Assembly: GCF_006345805.1 (NCBI RefSeq)
Contig: NC_042998.1
Location: 50,282,001-50,346,000, forward strand
Length of the DNA: 64,000 nucleotides
Source: Octopus sinensis
Lineage: Eukaryota
Direction: 5' to 3'
The position numbers and the translations under genes were made by a program. Positions 14,720-27,784 of the stretch are shown piece by piece. Below the pieces are notes generated by a model that made no database searches, was not told the DNA's origin, and worked only from the letters and a program-made list of their open reading frames with translations. Within the stretch, counting starts at the first letter, position 1, and every line of letters begins with the position of its first letter.

Positions 14720-16037
14720 GGTTGGAGGAGGGCGAGAGGAGGGGAACGGGCGGCCGGAAGAAGTGAAAAGAAGAAGACGAAGAAGAAGAAGAAGAAGAGG
14801 AGCAGAAAAATGTTAAGGGAAGAGAAGAGGAAGAAAAACAAGATGGAAAAGTGGAGGGTGATGAAGGAGTAAATATTTTTGAAAGAAAAAAAAAATTAAA
14901 GAAACGGGCAAACGAAGAGTGAATTGAAGTGAAGAGCAAAGGAGAGTTAAAAAAAATGGAGAGGTAAAGAGGTAGAGAGGCAAAGCGAAGCAGCTGGAGT
15001 ATGAGGGAGAGGGTTCTGTTATGGTTGGAGTATGGCGGTGATGAGGCTGTTGTTTAGTTGTTGCTGTTGGTAGTGGTAGTGGTAGTGGTGGTGGTGGTAG
15101 CGGTGTGAGGGAGTGGGAGCTAAGTAGAAGGAGTAGGAGTAAGAGTAGTAGGAGTAGTTGTAGTAGTAGATAGAGTGAGGAGGTGGCGGTGGAGGAGAGA
15201 AACGAAAGCTTGGAAGACGTAGAGGGTGTATTTATTAGCAGAGAATAAGAGAGAAAGAGAGATAGAGAGAGAGAGAGAGAGAGCGATGGAAAGAGGGAAA
15301 GAGAGAGAGACAGAGAGATGAGAAAGAGAAAAAGGAAGAGGGAATGGAATAAGTATAAAGTAGAAGTAATAGTAGTAGTGTTAGAAGTGGCAAGTTTTCT
15401 TCGCAGACGCACAGACACACAGGCAAAACACATAAACGCACAAACTCACACTTACATATATACACACACACATATATGTGCGTGTATGTGTGTATATGCC
15501 TGTATGTGTATATGTACGTATTATATATATGTATATATATATGTATATATATATATATACTTGTAACAATATCAAGACGATGACAGTAGAGACGACGATG
15601 GTGATGATGATGATGATAATGACTGATGACAGAAGGAGAAACTATCGTGGAGCGAGGCAGAGAGAGAAAGAGGAGAGAGAGAGAGAGAGAGGGGAAGGAG
15701 GGAAGGAAGGAGGAGAGAAAAATGAAAGAGAGAAAGAAACAGAGAAACGGCGTAGAAAAATGAATGAAAATGAAACCGAAATGTAGTTAGAAAGGAAGAT
15801 AGTGAGAGAGAGAGAGAGAGAGGGTGGGAGAGAAAAGTAAAAAGAGAGAAAATGAAAGGAGGAGGAAGAGGAGGAGGAGGAGAAGGAGAAGGACAAGGAG
15901 ACAAAGATACTTAAACACTAATGTAGAAGGTACATCAACTTGGTTTGAGGTTTACAGATGTGAGCGAAGTGATTATTAGAGAGGAATAGAGTAAAGAGCG
16001 TGAATGCGATGGTGTAACAGATGAGAGAAGACAGAGA

Positions 16038-16076
<39 letters not shown>

Positions 16077-16870
16077 CATTGAGAGAGAGAGAGAGATGGA
16101 GGGAGAGACAGACAGCGTGTAGGTATGTGTGAAAAGTGGGAGAGAAGGCGAAGAATCAGGTATGATTTTGGTGTTGTTTAAGCCCAGGTTAACCCTCTCT
16201 GAACAGACCCTATAAACACAGACACTCCAGCCATGACTAACCAAATTTTTCTGTTTAATATATCTATTAATACATCCAGCATGCCTTCTTTTTTGTTTTC
16301 ATTATTGTTAAGGGAGTAGGTTGTAATTTGAGGAAAATTTAGCTGTTGTTTCTACGCGTTTGGACGTCCGTGTATAGGCTCCTCCCTTCTCAGTGGCTCG
16401 CACAGGTATGAGGTTTCTCGTGTGCTGGTGAAGGTGATTGTTATGAATGATTAAAGAAGATAAGACAGAAAAAAAAAATTACCTGTGGCTGAGTGAGAGG
16501 AAGGAGAGTGGGGGGAGGGGAAAGCAGAGAGATTGTTAATCGCTAGCGAATGATAGATAAGCAGTGAGGGGAGAAAGTGAGCGAGCGAGCGAGAACGTGA
16601 AGAAGAGAGAGAGTGGGAGGGAGAGAAGGGCAGACAGATAGAGATAGTGATGGCAGTAGATAAACAGTGAGAGAGAAAGAGAGAAACATTGGTGCATGAA
16701 ATAAGCGAGACAGAGAGAAAGGGAGGGAGATGCGTGAAATAAGTGAGCGTTTGTGTATGTGTGTAACGCTGTGAGTGTGAGAGAGAGAGACAGACAGAGA
16801 GATAGTGATAGATAGAGAGAGGGAGAGAAACAGGCAGACCGAAAGATGTAGAAAGATATATGAAACAAAT
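14720..16870. repeat. Purine-rich (GA/GAA/GGA) low-complexity tracts interleaved with (GTA)/(GGT) repeats
   Basis: Directly visible plus-strand purine bias. The mirror-image pyrimidine-rich tract is at 19800-20420. Confidence 0.85.
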
Positions 16871-16917
16871 AAACTGATGCTGTAGTGAGTGACTCTGCGA
16901 ACCGACTGCCCTAAATG

Positions 16918-17366
16918 ATCCTTTCCGTTATAGGCACAAGGCCTGAAATTTTGTTGAAGGGGTTTAGACGATTACGTCGTTCCCACTGCTTGATTGGTAC
17001 TTATTTTATCGACCCCGAAAGGATGAAAGGCAAAGTCGACCTCGGTGGAATTTGAACTCAAGACGTAAAGCTGGAAAAAATACCGCTGAGTATATTTTGT
17101 CCGGCACGTTAACAATTCTGCCAGTTCGCTGCCTACCACCCCAAATAATCTTCTCTTTTCTATTCTAGACACAAGGTCTGAAATTTTGGGGGAGAGGGCC
17201 AGTCGATTAGATCGACCCAAGAACGCAACTGGTACTTAATTTATTGACCCCGAAAGGATGAAAGGCAAAGTCGACCTAGCGGAGATTGAACTCAAAACGT
17301 TGAGACAGGCGAAATGCATCTAAGCATTTTGTCTGGCATGCTAACGGTTCTACCAGCTCGCCACCT
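16918..17366 (-). mobile_element. Two tandem family-A SINEs on the minus strand
   Basis: Reverse heads end at ~17134 and ~17366. CCCGAAAGGATGAAAGGCAAAGTCGACCT occurs twice. Confidence 0.85.
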
Positions 17367-17473
17367 TGCTCCATCTTAAATAATAATAGTTGTTTGAAAT
17401 TTTCGGCAGACGAACAGCAATTTTCTAAGAGGGTTCTTGAACGATTACATCGACTCCAATACATACCTTGTAT

Positions 17474-17877
17474 AGGCGGTGAGCTGGCAGAAACGTTACA
17501 TCACAGGGCGAAATGCGTAGCTATATTTCGTCTGCCGTTATGTTCTGAGTTCAAATTCCGCCGAGGTCGACTTTGCCTTTCATCCTTTCGAGGTCGATAA
17601 ACTAAGTACCAGTTACGCACTGGGGTCGATATAATCGACTTAACCTGTTTGTCTATCCTTGTTTGTCCCCTGTGTGTTTAGCCCCTTGCGGACAGTAAAG
17701 AAATAGGTATTTCCTCTGTCTAAACGTTCTGAGTTCAAATTCCGCCGAGGTCGACTTTGCCTTTCATCCTTTCGGGGTCAATAAGTTAAGTATCATTTGC
17801 GTCCTGGAGTCAATCTAATCGACTGGCCCCTTCCCCAAAATTTCAGGCCTTCTACCTTGAGTACAAAAGAATGAATA
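17474..17877 (+). mobile_element. Family-A SINE, long (internally duplicated) form
   Basis: Head at 17474, first tail ending AAAGAAATA at ~17705, then a second B-box plus conserved block and a second tail TTTCAGGCCTT...AAAAGAAT. Confidence 0.85.
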
Positions 17878-18235
17878 CATAACTGGTATTTTATTTCATC
17901 ACCCCTGGAAGATGTAAAGCAAAGTTGACTTCAGTAGAATTTGAACTCAGAATGTCAGTATCCAGAAGAAATTCCACAGAGAATTTTGTCCGATGTACTT
18001 ACGATTCTGCCAGCTCAGAGCGCCGGACTAAATGCCAAAAGAGTGTTTCCTCCGTCTCCTTACGTTCTGATTTCAAATCTCGCTGCTGTCTCCTTTGTCT
18101 GACATTCCACTTTTGTCAATGAAATAAAGTACCACCGCCTCAAAATTGCTAGTCCTCTGCCGAAATCAGAATCAAATGCTACTTTATTAACGCTAACGCT
18201 AGTTTAGGAAGGACCTAGGTTACAACAACAACAGT

Positions 18236-18727
18236 GTGGAGGCGCAATGGCCTAGTAGGGCAGCGGATCGCGGTCGTAAGAAAGCGGTTTCGATTCCCGG
18301 TCCGGGCATTGTGAGTGTTTATTAAGCAAAAACACCTAAGCTCTACGAGGCTCTGGCAGGGAGGGGTGGTGAAACCCGCTGTACCCTTTCACCACAACTT
18401 TCTCTCAGTCTTTCTTCCTACTTCTACTACAAAGCAGAGGAACCATGGTGTAATCCACTATGGTGTGGTAAACTTTCAGACCCTAGTCTAGATTGCGAAT
18501 CCTCTGTACCCTAGGATGGTTCAGCTCTCCACCCGTTACGGAATGGGGATAACAACGTAGCTTTCGCGCCCGTGCAACCGCCAGTCTATCGCGTGTGGTG
18601 GTGGGGGATTGCTACATGCATTCTTAGTAGCTTAGAGTAGGCTCGAATTAGAGATTATTCTTTGTGGCTAATAGCGTGAGTCCTGATTGGAAGAAGAAGA
18701 AGAAGAAGAAGAAGAAGAAGAAGAAGA
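18236..18727 (+). mobile_element. OR-like (tRNA-Arg-derived) SINE head followed by a distinct 3' segment and (AAG)n
   Basis: TGTGGAGGCGCAATGGCC.AGT head identical in type to 48557 and 62677. After ~18420 the sequence matches neither of their tails. Confidence 0.6.
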
Positions 18728-18807
18728 CAGCAGCAGCAATGACAGCAACAGATGTTTTTGTGTCTGAGTAAGAAACCTTCCTCAAAAATTGTAATATGTA
18801 AATGACG

Positions 18808-19465
18808 GTAAGCTGGCAGAATCGTTAGCACATCAGACAAAATGTTTAGCGGCATTTCGCACGTCTTTACGTTCTACGTTCAAATTCCTCCGAGCTCGAC
18901 TTTGTCTTTCATCCTTTCAGGAGTCAATAAAATAAGTACCAGTTGAATACTGGAGTCAATTTAATCGATTTACCCCACCCCAAGCCCCACGAAATTGCTG
19001 GCCCAGTGCCAAAATTTTAACAAATAGTTAAATGACAGTAACACGGCGAGCTGGCAGAATGGTTAGAACGCTGAGCAAAATGCTTAGTAGCATCTGAGTT
19101 CAAATTCCACCAAGATCGACTTTGCCTTTTCGTCTTTTGACGGCCGATACAACAAGTACCAGTTGATCACTGGGGTCGATTCAATGTACTAGACCCTCTC
19201 CCGAAATTACTGGCCTTGTGCCAAAATTTGAAACTGATATGCTAATGACAGTTACACAACGTGAGCTGGCAAAATCGTCAGCACGCCGGGCAAACTGCTT
19301 AGCGACCTTTCTTTCGTCTTTACGTTATGAGTTCAAATTCCACCGAGGTCGACTTTACTTTTTACTCCCTATGGGCTCGAAGCAATAAGTACAAGTTGAT
19401 CACTGGGGTTCAATGTAATCAACTGACCCCAGTACCAAAATTTCAGGCCTTGTACCCGTAGTAGT
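18808..19465 (+). mobile_element. Three head-to-tail family-A SINEs
   Basis: GCTGGCAGAAT/GCTGGCAAAAT heads at ~18811, 19049 and 19264, with tails GGCCTTGTGCCAAAATTTGAAAC or TTTCAGGCCTTGTACC. Confidence 0.8.
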
Positions 19466-20490
19466 AGTAGAAGGGGATATGTATATGACAGTAGAATAAT
19501 TATTTTCTGAGATGAATAATCCCGCTGAGGGGACTAGAAGTACCCGGTGTACGAAGAGGAGGTTAATTCAATTGATATGGCCTACTGCCAACTTCAGACA
19601 TTTATGGGCAGCAAAACAATTACGACGACCACAACCACCTCCACCGCCACCGCCACAAACACCACCACAACTATAACCGCCACCACTGCTATCATCACAA
19701 CCATCGCTGCCACCACTAGTACCACCACCACCACCACCATCACCACCACCACCATCACCACCTAAATTTCGAACATGTCACTTTTCTTTAATCATCATCA
19801 TCATTACCATCATAAATAATTGTCACCTCTTCTCTTTTTATTTTGTTTGTTTGTTTGTTTTTACAATCTCCTTCCTGCCTCCTACCCATATCCCTCTTCG
19901 TCTCCCCCCCCTCTCTCTCTCTCTCTCTTTCTCTCACTCTCTCTTTCACTGGTCTGTTTCTTTTACTAAACCTACTTCTTTCCTCTCGTTATCCTTCCAA
20001 ATATTCAAAACAGACTCTCCTCTAACAACTTTCTCTCTCTCTCCCTCTCTCTTTCTCTCTCTCATTGTTTCACTCTGTCTCCCTCTCTTCCTCTCTCTCT
20101 CTCTCTCTTTCTTTTCGTCTCTCCCTTATTTATTCTTTCTCTCGTCCACTTATTGTATACCATGTTTTCTCTTCTCTTATCTTACAACTTGTCTCTCTCC
20201 TACTCTTTTATTCTTTCTCTCTCTCCTTTTTCTTATTTACTTCATTCATTTCTGTGTGTGTGTCTCTCTCTCCCGCTCACTTATTTCATATAGCTTTACC
20301 TTCGTATGTATCCTCCTTTCTGTCGGTCTGTCTATCTGCCTGCCTGCCTGCCTGTCTGTCGAGTCCTCTCTCTCTCTCTCTCTTTCCTTTCCTCTCTCTC
20401 TCTCTCAACCTCTATACATCTAAATGCATTGCGTCCGTCTTTACATTCTGAGTTCAAATTTTACCGAGGTCGACTTAGCCTTTTATTCTT

Positions 20491-21279
20491 TCGGGGGTCG
20501 ATAAAATAAGTATCAGTCAAGTACTGGGGTTAGATGTAATCGACTACCCCCTCCCCTAAAATTTCAGGCCTAGTGCCTACAGTAGAAAAAAACATTATTA
20601 TTATATTATTATTATTATATTATTATTATTATTATTATTATCATTATTATTATTATCATTATTATTATTACCATAATATTCTTTCTATTATGTCCTTCCA
20701 CATTATTATTATTATTAAGCCAGATGTATGTATGTATGTATGTATGCATGTATGTATGTATGCATGTATGTATGTAAGTATGTATTTATGTATGTATGTA
20801 TTTATGTATATATGTATGTATGCATTTGCATTTCGTCTGTCTTTAAGTTCCACCCCGTTCAGCTTTACTTTTCATCCTTTAGGAGTTGATGAAACAGGTG
20901 CCAGTTTAGCGCTGGGGGGGGGGGTTATGTAATCGAGTAGCCCCCTTCCACAAATTTTCAGGCCTTGTGCCTATAATAGAAAATATTATTTTCATTATTG
21001 TTATTATTAAGGCGGTGAGCTAACACAATCGTTAGCACGCCAGACGAAAATGCTTAACGGTATTTCGCTCGCCGAGCTGGCAGAACTGTTAGCACCTCGG
21101 GCGAAATGCTTAGCGGTATTTCGTCTGCCGCTACGTTCTGAGTTCAAATTCCGCCGAGGTCGACTTTGCCTTTCATCCTTTCGGGGGTCGATAAAATAAG
21201 TATCAGTCAAGTACTGGGGTTAGATGTAATCGACTACCCCCTCCCCTAAAATTTCAGGCCTAGTGCCTACAGTAGAAAA

Positions 21280-21333
<54 letters not shown>

Positions 21334-22580
21334 CATTATTATTATTATTATCATTATTATTATTACCATAATATTCTTTCTATTATGTCCTTCCACATTA
21401 TTATTATTATTAAGCCAGATGTATGTATGTATGTATGCATGCATGTATGTATGTATGCATGTATGTATGTAAGTATGTATTTATGTATGTATGTATTTAT
21501 GTATATATGTATGTATGCATTTGCATTTCGTCTGTCTTTAAGTTCCACCCCGTTCAGCTTTACTTTTCATCCTTTAGGAGTTGATGAAACAGGTGCCAGT
21601 TTAGCGCTGGGGGGGGGGGGTTATGTAATCGAGTAGCCCCCTTCCACAAATTTTCAGGCCTTGTGCCTATAATAGAAAATATTATTTTCATTATTGTTAT
21701 TATTAAGGCGGTGAGCTAACACAATCGTTAGCACGCCAGACGAAAATGCTTAACGGTATTTCGCTCGCCGAGCTGGCAGAACTGTTAGCACCTCGGGCGA
21801 AATGCTTAGCGGTATTTCGTCTGCCGCTACGTTCTGAGTTCAAATTCCGCCGAGGTCGACTTTGCCTTTCATCCTTTCGGGGGTCGATAAAATAAGTATC
21901 AGTCAAGTACTGGGGTTAGATGTAATCGACTACCCCCTCCCCTAAAATTTCAGGCCTAGTGCCTACAGTAGAAAACATTATTATTATTATTATTATTATT
22001 ATATTATTATTATTATTATTATTATCATTATTATTATTATTATCATTATTATTATTACCATAATATTCTTTCTATTATGTCCTTCCACATTATTATTATT
22101 ATTAAGCCAGATGTATGTATGTATGTATGCATGCATGTATGTATGTATGCATGTATGTATGTAAGTATGTATTTATGTATGTATGTATTTATGTATATAT
22201 GTATGTATGCATTTGCATTTCGTCTGTCTTTAAGTTCCACCCCGTTCAGCTTTACTTTTCATCCTTTAGGAGTTGATGAAACAGGTGCCAGTTTAGCGCT
22301 GGGGGGGGGGGTTATGTAATCGAGTAGCCCCCTTCCACAAATTTTCAGCCTTGTGCCTATAATAGAAAATATTATTTTCATTATTGTTATTATTAAGGCG
22401 GTGAGCTAACACAATCGTTAGCACGCCAGACGAAAATGCTTAACGGTATTTCGCTCGCCGAGCTGGCAGAACTGTTAGCACCTCGGGCGAAATGCTTAGC
22501 GGTATTTCGTCTGCCGCTACGTTCTGAGTTCAAATTCCGCCGAGGTCGACTTTGCCTTTCATCCTTTCGGGGGTCGATAA
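20491..22580 (+). repeat. Tandem triplication of a 690-696 bp unit built from family-A SINE pieces, (ATT)n and (ATGT)n
   Basis: TCGGGGGTCGATAAA recurs at 20491, 21181, 21877 and 22567. The ORF track shows the same peptides at 20668/21363/22055 and 21007/21703. Confidence 0.95.
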
Positions 22581-22759
22581 ATTAAGTACCAGTTACGCAC
22601 TGGGATCGATGTAATCGACTTAATCCGTTTGTCTGCCCTTGTTTGTCTCCTCTGTGTTTAGCCCCTTGTGGGCAGTAAAGAAATAGGTATTTCGCTCGTC
22701 TTTATGTGCTGAGTTCAAAATTCGTCAGGCCGACTTTGCCCAATCTTCCATGGATGGCT

Positions 22760-23760
22760 TCCTCTCAGCCATTTATGAGTGAGACTGACCAATTCCGCTC
22801 TTAGCCACGTCCCATTTCCTCTCGGCATGAAGATTAGACCAAAACATACTCTAAGCAACTCTAATAAGTATTTTTGCCAAGTTTTGCACCAGATTGTCTG
22901 AAGGCATAGACTTTCTACGGGTGCCGACTTGCACAAGTGAATTTTTCTCTTTGTCCCCTACTGTTTTGGAACAGATCTACAATTTTGACTTCTATAGTGT
23001 CTGATACAATGACGATGATGTCAACGACTGTCTTTTTGTCTCTCCTGCGTCCCAATTAGAATGGGATGACCCTCAAGCCCACCTGTTTACGCAGTAATAG
23101 AATTAGAAGAGATAATCGACGATGGTCTTTACGGAATGAGCAGGTAATTAAAGGGGTCCGATAAGTGGCACTTAAGTCTGACGAACAAGCAAATATAAGT
23201 GTACGTTGAAGTGATCCCGGGTTTGAAAACGAAGCCAAAACTGGCTGCCTTGTAAACAGCCACCAAGTATCGAGCGAGTGTTGACCCAATCGAAAACTTT
23301 TGATTGCTCCAAATATATTATATTACCACCAAAGCCAAAAGTGTTAGTCACTTCTCTATGATGTATCGCACGCGGTAGAGGTTATCATGGATAGATCTAG
23401 GTTGCGCAGATCTGAGCTTTCCTGACCAAGCTACCATCGGCAAGCGCCAGGCTCTTGTCCAAAATGTTCGACAATGTATTCAAAAGCTTTATAGACCAGA
23501 AAGTATAAATTACGTCCTTTTTGTTTAAGTCTTTCCTCTCGGGCTCCCTAAACTTGATACTCTTCTATTCACAATCACTGGCTGTGGACATCTACTAGGA
23601 TGTCGAAGAATTCAAGTATTCAAGTATTAACTTCGTATTACAAATCATCCAAAATAACGATGGGCTCATCTTACAGCTATTTGCTACCAACCGTATCTCA
23701 GTTGTTATCGGAGTTTTGCTGAACTCCGCATCTTCTGCTGATAATTACGACAGGCTGTTA
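22760..23760 (-). pseudogene. Decayed Tx1/L1-clade non-LTR reverse transcriptase relic
   Basis: Minus-strand translation across stops and frameshifts gives LLNT..NILDKSLALADGSLVRKAQICA / RSIHDNLYRVRYIIEK / LEQSKVFDWVN.RYLVAVYKAASFGFVF. These match the L1/Tx1 RT motifs 'ITLLN..KILAK', 'GRSIHDN' and 'LDQ.KAFDRV.H.YL'. Confidence 0.75.
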
Positions 23761-24478
23761 AGGTAAGCGTTAAAGTCTACAATTGTCTCCAGTCCACCAC
23801 TTGACCTCAGCAGCTTGGCGGTTGCATGTATTAGCTGCTTGTCGAGGCATACACCACTATCCCTATTTCTCAAAGACTGAATTATGTTTGTTTTTTGCCA
23901 TATTACCACCACTCTAGGTGTTCGTCGAATAGCTTTTCTTCATGGCTTACGGCATGCGCCTTGTATCTGACAGCTTAGCATTCGTGTTTAGCTTTGAAAT
24001 TGGTAACAAATTCCTCGTTTTTTGCATAAGGTCGTTATGCCTTTTCTAATCCCCTTTTCTAATTTGTTCACCACACTAGCACTCATCTAATGTATATTTA
24101 CATATCGTTACTTCATTGCTAAACCTTTTCGATTCTATTCTAACCAATTCCGGTGTCCTCCAACACTGGATCGTTGTTTATGCCTCCTACTTAGTTCGAC
24201 CGTACAGTTCACATATTTGTGGTTATTGTAGCCATTAAAGATGTGTACCCCCTATAAAATTTACTAATATAAAAAAAAACACCCAGTGTATTATGTCTTA
24301 CAGACTTTTCACGAAAATTTCGAACTCTGTCTTTCTGTTTGTGCTGTTGGCATTAGATCCTCAAATAATCTCCTTTTTGAATTTCGTCTTTGTTTTTGTG
24401 ATATATACTCTATCATCTTAATGGGAAAGTGGTGAACAAGCAGAATCATTCGCACAGCGGGCAGATTGTTTAACAGTA

Positions 24479-24710
24479 CAGCAATCCATCGACTATCGTG
24501 GGTGTTACATTCCAAAACCTCTCACAAAAATAATTAAAATCTATAATTAAATACCTATCGGCCGCAGAAACCAGCAATGTACTGAGGAGTCCGCGATATA
24601 AATTTACGTATATTAGCCAGAAAAATCCGCGATGTACTGAGTGCGCGATGGGGGAATCGCGATGTACTGAGTGCACGATAGATGAACTGCGATATGGCGA
24701 GGTATTACTG
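24479..24710. mobile_element. pogo/Tigger-type MITE (232 bp) inserted in a family-A SINE
   Basis: TIRs CAGCAATCCATCGACTATCG and the reverse complement of CGATATGGCGAGGTATTACTG, with TA at 24477-24478 and 24711-24712. Internal CGCGATGTACTGAGTG repeats. The flanks rejoin into the SINE sequence ..AACAG-TA-TTTCGTC.. Confidence 0.75.
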
Positions 24711-25134
24711 TATTTCGTCGGTTTTTACGTTCTGAGTACAAATGCCACCAGAGTCGACTTTGCCTTTCTACGTTGATAAAATAATTGCCAGTTGAGCTCT
24801 GGGATTGATGTAATCAATTTACTCCCTTCCTCGAACGTGCAAGCCTTGAGCCAAAATTTGAAACCAATATTTTAAATAGAAACAAATAATGAAGTTGGTG
24901 GAATTACTTTATGTGTGTTTGGCTGTTATTGTTAGCGGTGGTTATTAGCGTTTGCATTTCTGCATTTTTTTCTGGTTGTTTTTGGTATGGTTTTTGGTTT
25001 TCTTTTTTAGTAGGGTAGTATTGAGAGTAACGGTGTTTTAAGTGTGCGACTAGTTAAAGAAGAGTGGTTAGGGAAGACTCTGCTACTCCATGAAAGCTAC
25101 CGCAGCTTGGGTATGTCCTTCCCTAAGTAATGCA

Positions 25135-25409
25135 TAGGCGCAGGCATGGCTGTGTGGGCGCCGACATCTCTCCCAACCGCATTATTTCGTTCCATTTCAT
25201 CTCATCTTGTCCATGTCCAGCCCACAAGCTTCTATCTGTGTACTGCCCTTGTGGAAAATTAAATGAAATAAAGAAGCTTGTTTCCCAACCATAGAGTTAC
25301 GGGTCAATCCCACTGCGCGGCACCATGAGCAAGTGTCTTTTGCTACAGCCTCGGGCTGACCAAAGCTTTGTGAATGGATTTTGTAGATGGAAACTGAAAG
25401 AAGCCCGTC

Positions 25410-25494
<85 letters not shown>

Positions 25495-25697
25495 TGTGTG
25501 TCTTTGTGCCTGTGTTGCCCCCACCACTTGACAACCTGTACTGGTGTATTTACGTCCCCACAATTTCGTGGTTCGGCAAAATAAACCGATAGAATAAATA
25601 TTCTGAGTATAAAAATAAAGTACTGGGGTCGATACATTCGACTAAAAATTCAAGGTGGTGTCCCAGCATGGCCGCAGTCTAATGACTGAAACAATGT
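25135..25697 (+). mobile_element. Family-B SINE with a ~110 bp insertion in its head
   Basis: TAGGCGCAGGCATGGCTGTGTGG, then foreign sequence 25159-25270, then AGAAGCTTGTTTCCCAACC and the normal body and tail. Confidence 0.75.
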
Positions 25698-25750
25698 ATA
25701 TATGTATGTGTGTTCATGTGTGCGTGTGTATGTGTGTATGTGTCTGTACG

Positions 25751-25782
<32 letters not shown>

Positions 25783-25864
25783 TGTATGTATGTCTTTGTG
25801 TTTGTCTTTGTGAGACTAAAACCTTGGAGGCGGCGCTCTCGCTTAGTTGTACTCCAACGACATT

Positions 25865-26098
25865 AAGGCGGCGAGCTGGCAGAAACGTTAGCACGCCGGG
25901 CGAAATGCTTAGCAGTATTTCGTCTGCCGTTACGTTCTGAGTTCAAATTCCGCTGAGGTCGACTTCGCCTTTCATCCTTTCGGGGTCGATAAAATAAGTA
26001 CCAGTTACGTACTGGGGTCGATATAATCGACTTACTCCGTCTGTCTGTCCTTGCTTGTCCTCTCTATGTTTAGCCCCTTGTGGGCAATAAAGAAATAA
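25865..26098 (+). mobile_element. Family-A SINE (short form)
   Basis: Near-consensus head to tail. Confidence 0.9.
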
Positions 26099-26519
26099 AC
26101 AAGTAAACGATACTTCACACCATCAATTGCACTAACCATCTCTTGTAAATAATATAATAAAAAATTATGACACAAGCCGAGAAGGCAATAGCAGTGGTGT
26201 AATGGTGTTCGGTGTTGGCGATTGGTGGTGATTAAGGCATTGCTACTGGTGACGTTTTGTGATATAGTGGCGTAAGGTATAGTGGTTAGAGTGTTGCTCT
26301 AATTATAGTAAGATTGCGATGTGTTGCATTCTTGGGCAAAACGTGCTCATTTGTCGTTGCTGCCGTCCACTTAACTGTCAAAAATGAGTACTCCTGCGAC
26401 GAATCGGCGTCGTCCAATAAACATGCCACAGAATGCGAAGTCCGAGTAAATCGGCCTTGGGAGTCTATGGCTCGGGAAGGACCTCAAATACTTTTTCAAT
26501 GTTTGTGATAATGGCTCTG

Positions 26520-26710
26520 ATGGTGGTGATGGGGTTGTCGCACTCGTAAGTTTATGGGTTCGGTTTCTGAACCAGGCGATGTGTTGTGTTCTTGAGCAAA
26601 ACACTTCATTTCCTGGATCTCCAATCGACTCAGATGCCAAAAGTGAGTAATCCTGCGACTGACCGGCGCCGCCCCGTCCAGGTTGGGAAATATATACGCC
26701 ACAGAATATA
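26520..26710 (+). mobile_element. Type-D SINE, decayed
   Basis: GTGTTCTTGAGCAAAACACTT...AATCCTGCGACTGACCGGCG..CCCGTCCAGG..AATATATACGCC, co-linear with 356-612. Confidence 0.6.
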
Positions 26711-27744
26711 TAGTGGTGGTGATGGTGGTGGTGGTGGTGGTTGTGATGTTGGTGGTGGTGATGCTAGTGGAGATCGTGATGGTGATAGTGGTGGTAGTGG
26801 TAGTGGTGATTTTAGTAGTGACGTTGGTGGTATGGTGGTGATGGTGATGGTGGTGGTGGTGATGTTGATGATGGTGGTGGTGGTGGTGGTGACGTTACTA
26901 GTGATGGTGGTGGCGGCGGTTGTAATGGTGGTGGTGATGCTAGTGGAGATCGTGATGGTGATAATGGTGGTAGTGGTGATGGTGATTTTAGTAGTGATGT
27001 TGGTGGTAATGGTGGTGGTGGTGGTGTTGATGTTGATGGTGGTGGTGATGGTGGTGGTGGTGGTGGTAGTGATGATGTTAGTAGTGATGTTATTGTTGGT
27101 GGTGGTGGTACTGGTGAAGTGATGGTAACGGTTTAGTGATGTTGGAACTGAGTGTTGTTTGTTGTTGTTGTTGTTGTTGTTGTGGTGGTGATGCTGGTGC
27201 TGGTGCTGGTGATGGTGATGGTGACGGCGGTGCTAGGTCTGGTCGCAGAGTACCAGTAAAGCTTCGAATGATGGTTTTTCGGTGGTATTGTTAGTGTCAG
27301 TCGTGGTGATAATAGTAGCGATGGAGATGGGGTGGTGGTGGTGACGATAATGATGGTGGAGGTGATAACGTTTTATATTGGTAAAGAAGTTACGGCGGAG
27401 GTGGCGGCGGCAGCGGCGACGGCGATGGTGATGGTGTTGGTGTTGGTGTTGGCGGAACACGTAAAATAACTATGGCTGTCCTACAATAACAACCGCAGAG
27501 ACGAGAGAATACAACACAAACCAAGCAGTGACAGTAAACAACATAAAACAGCAGTAGAAGTAGTAGCTGGAACAGTAACAGTTGCAGCAGCAACGGCAGC
27601 AGCAGCAGTAGGAGCAACAGCATCAGCAGCAGTAAAACCAGCAGCAACAGCTGCAACAACAGTCAGTGATGGAGGTAGTGCACACGTTAAACGCAGCAAC
27701 AGTATGTTCGAAATAGTAGAAATCGGCAACCACTGCCACCATCG

Positions 27745-27784
<40 letters not shown>

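Noticed and set aside
20491-22580. Regularly spaced repeats that might be read as a CRISPR-like array
   Set aside because: The spacers are identical, the units are ~690 bp of SINE and microsatellite, the DNA is eukaryotic and there are no cas genes.
26586-27122. 178 aa Gly/Val/Met-rich ORF resembling a membrane or structural protein
   Set aside because: It is a (GGT/GAT)n field preceded by a SINE fragment, with no splice context.
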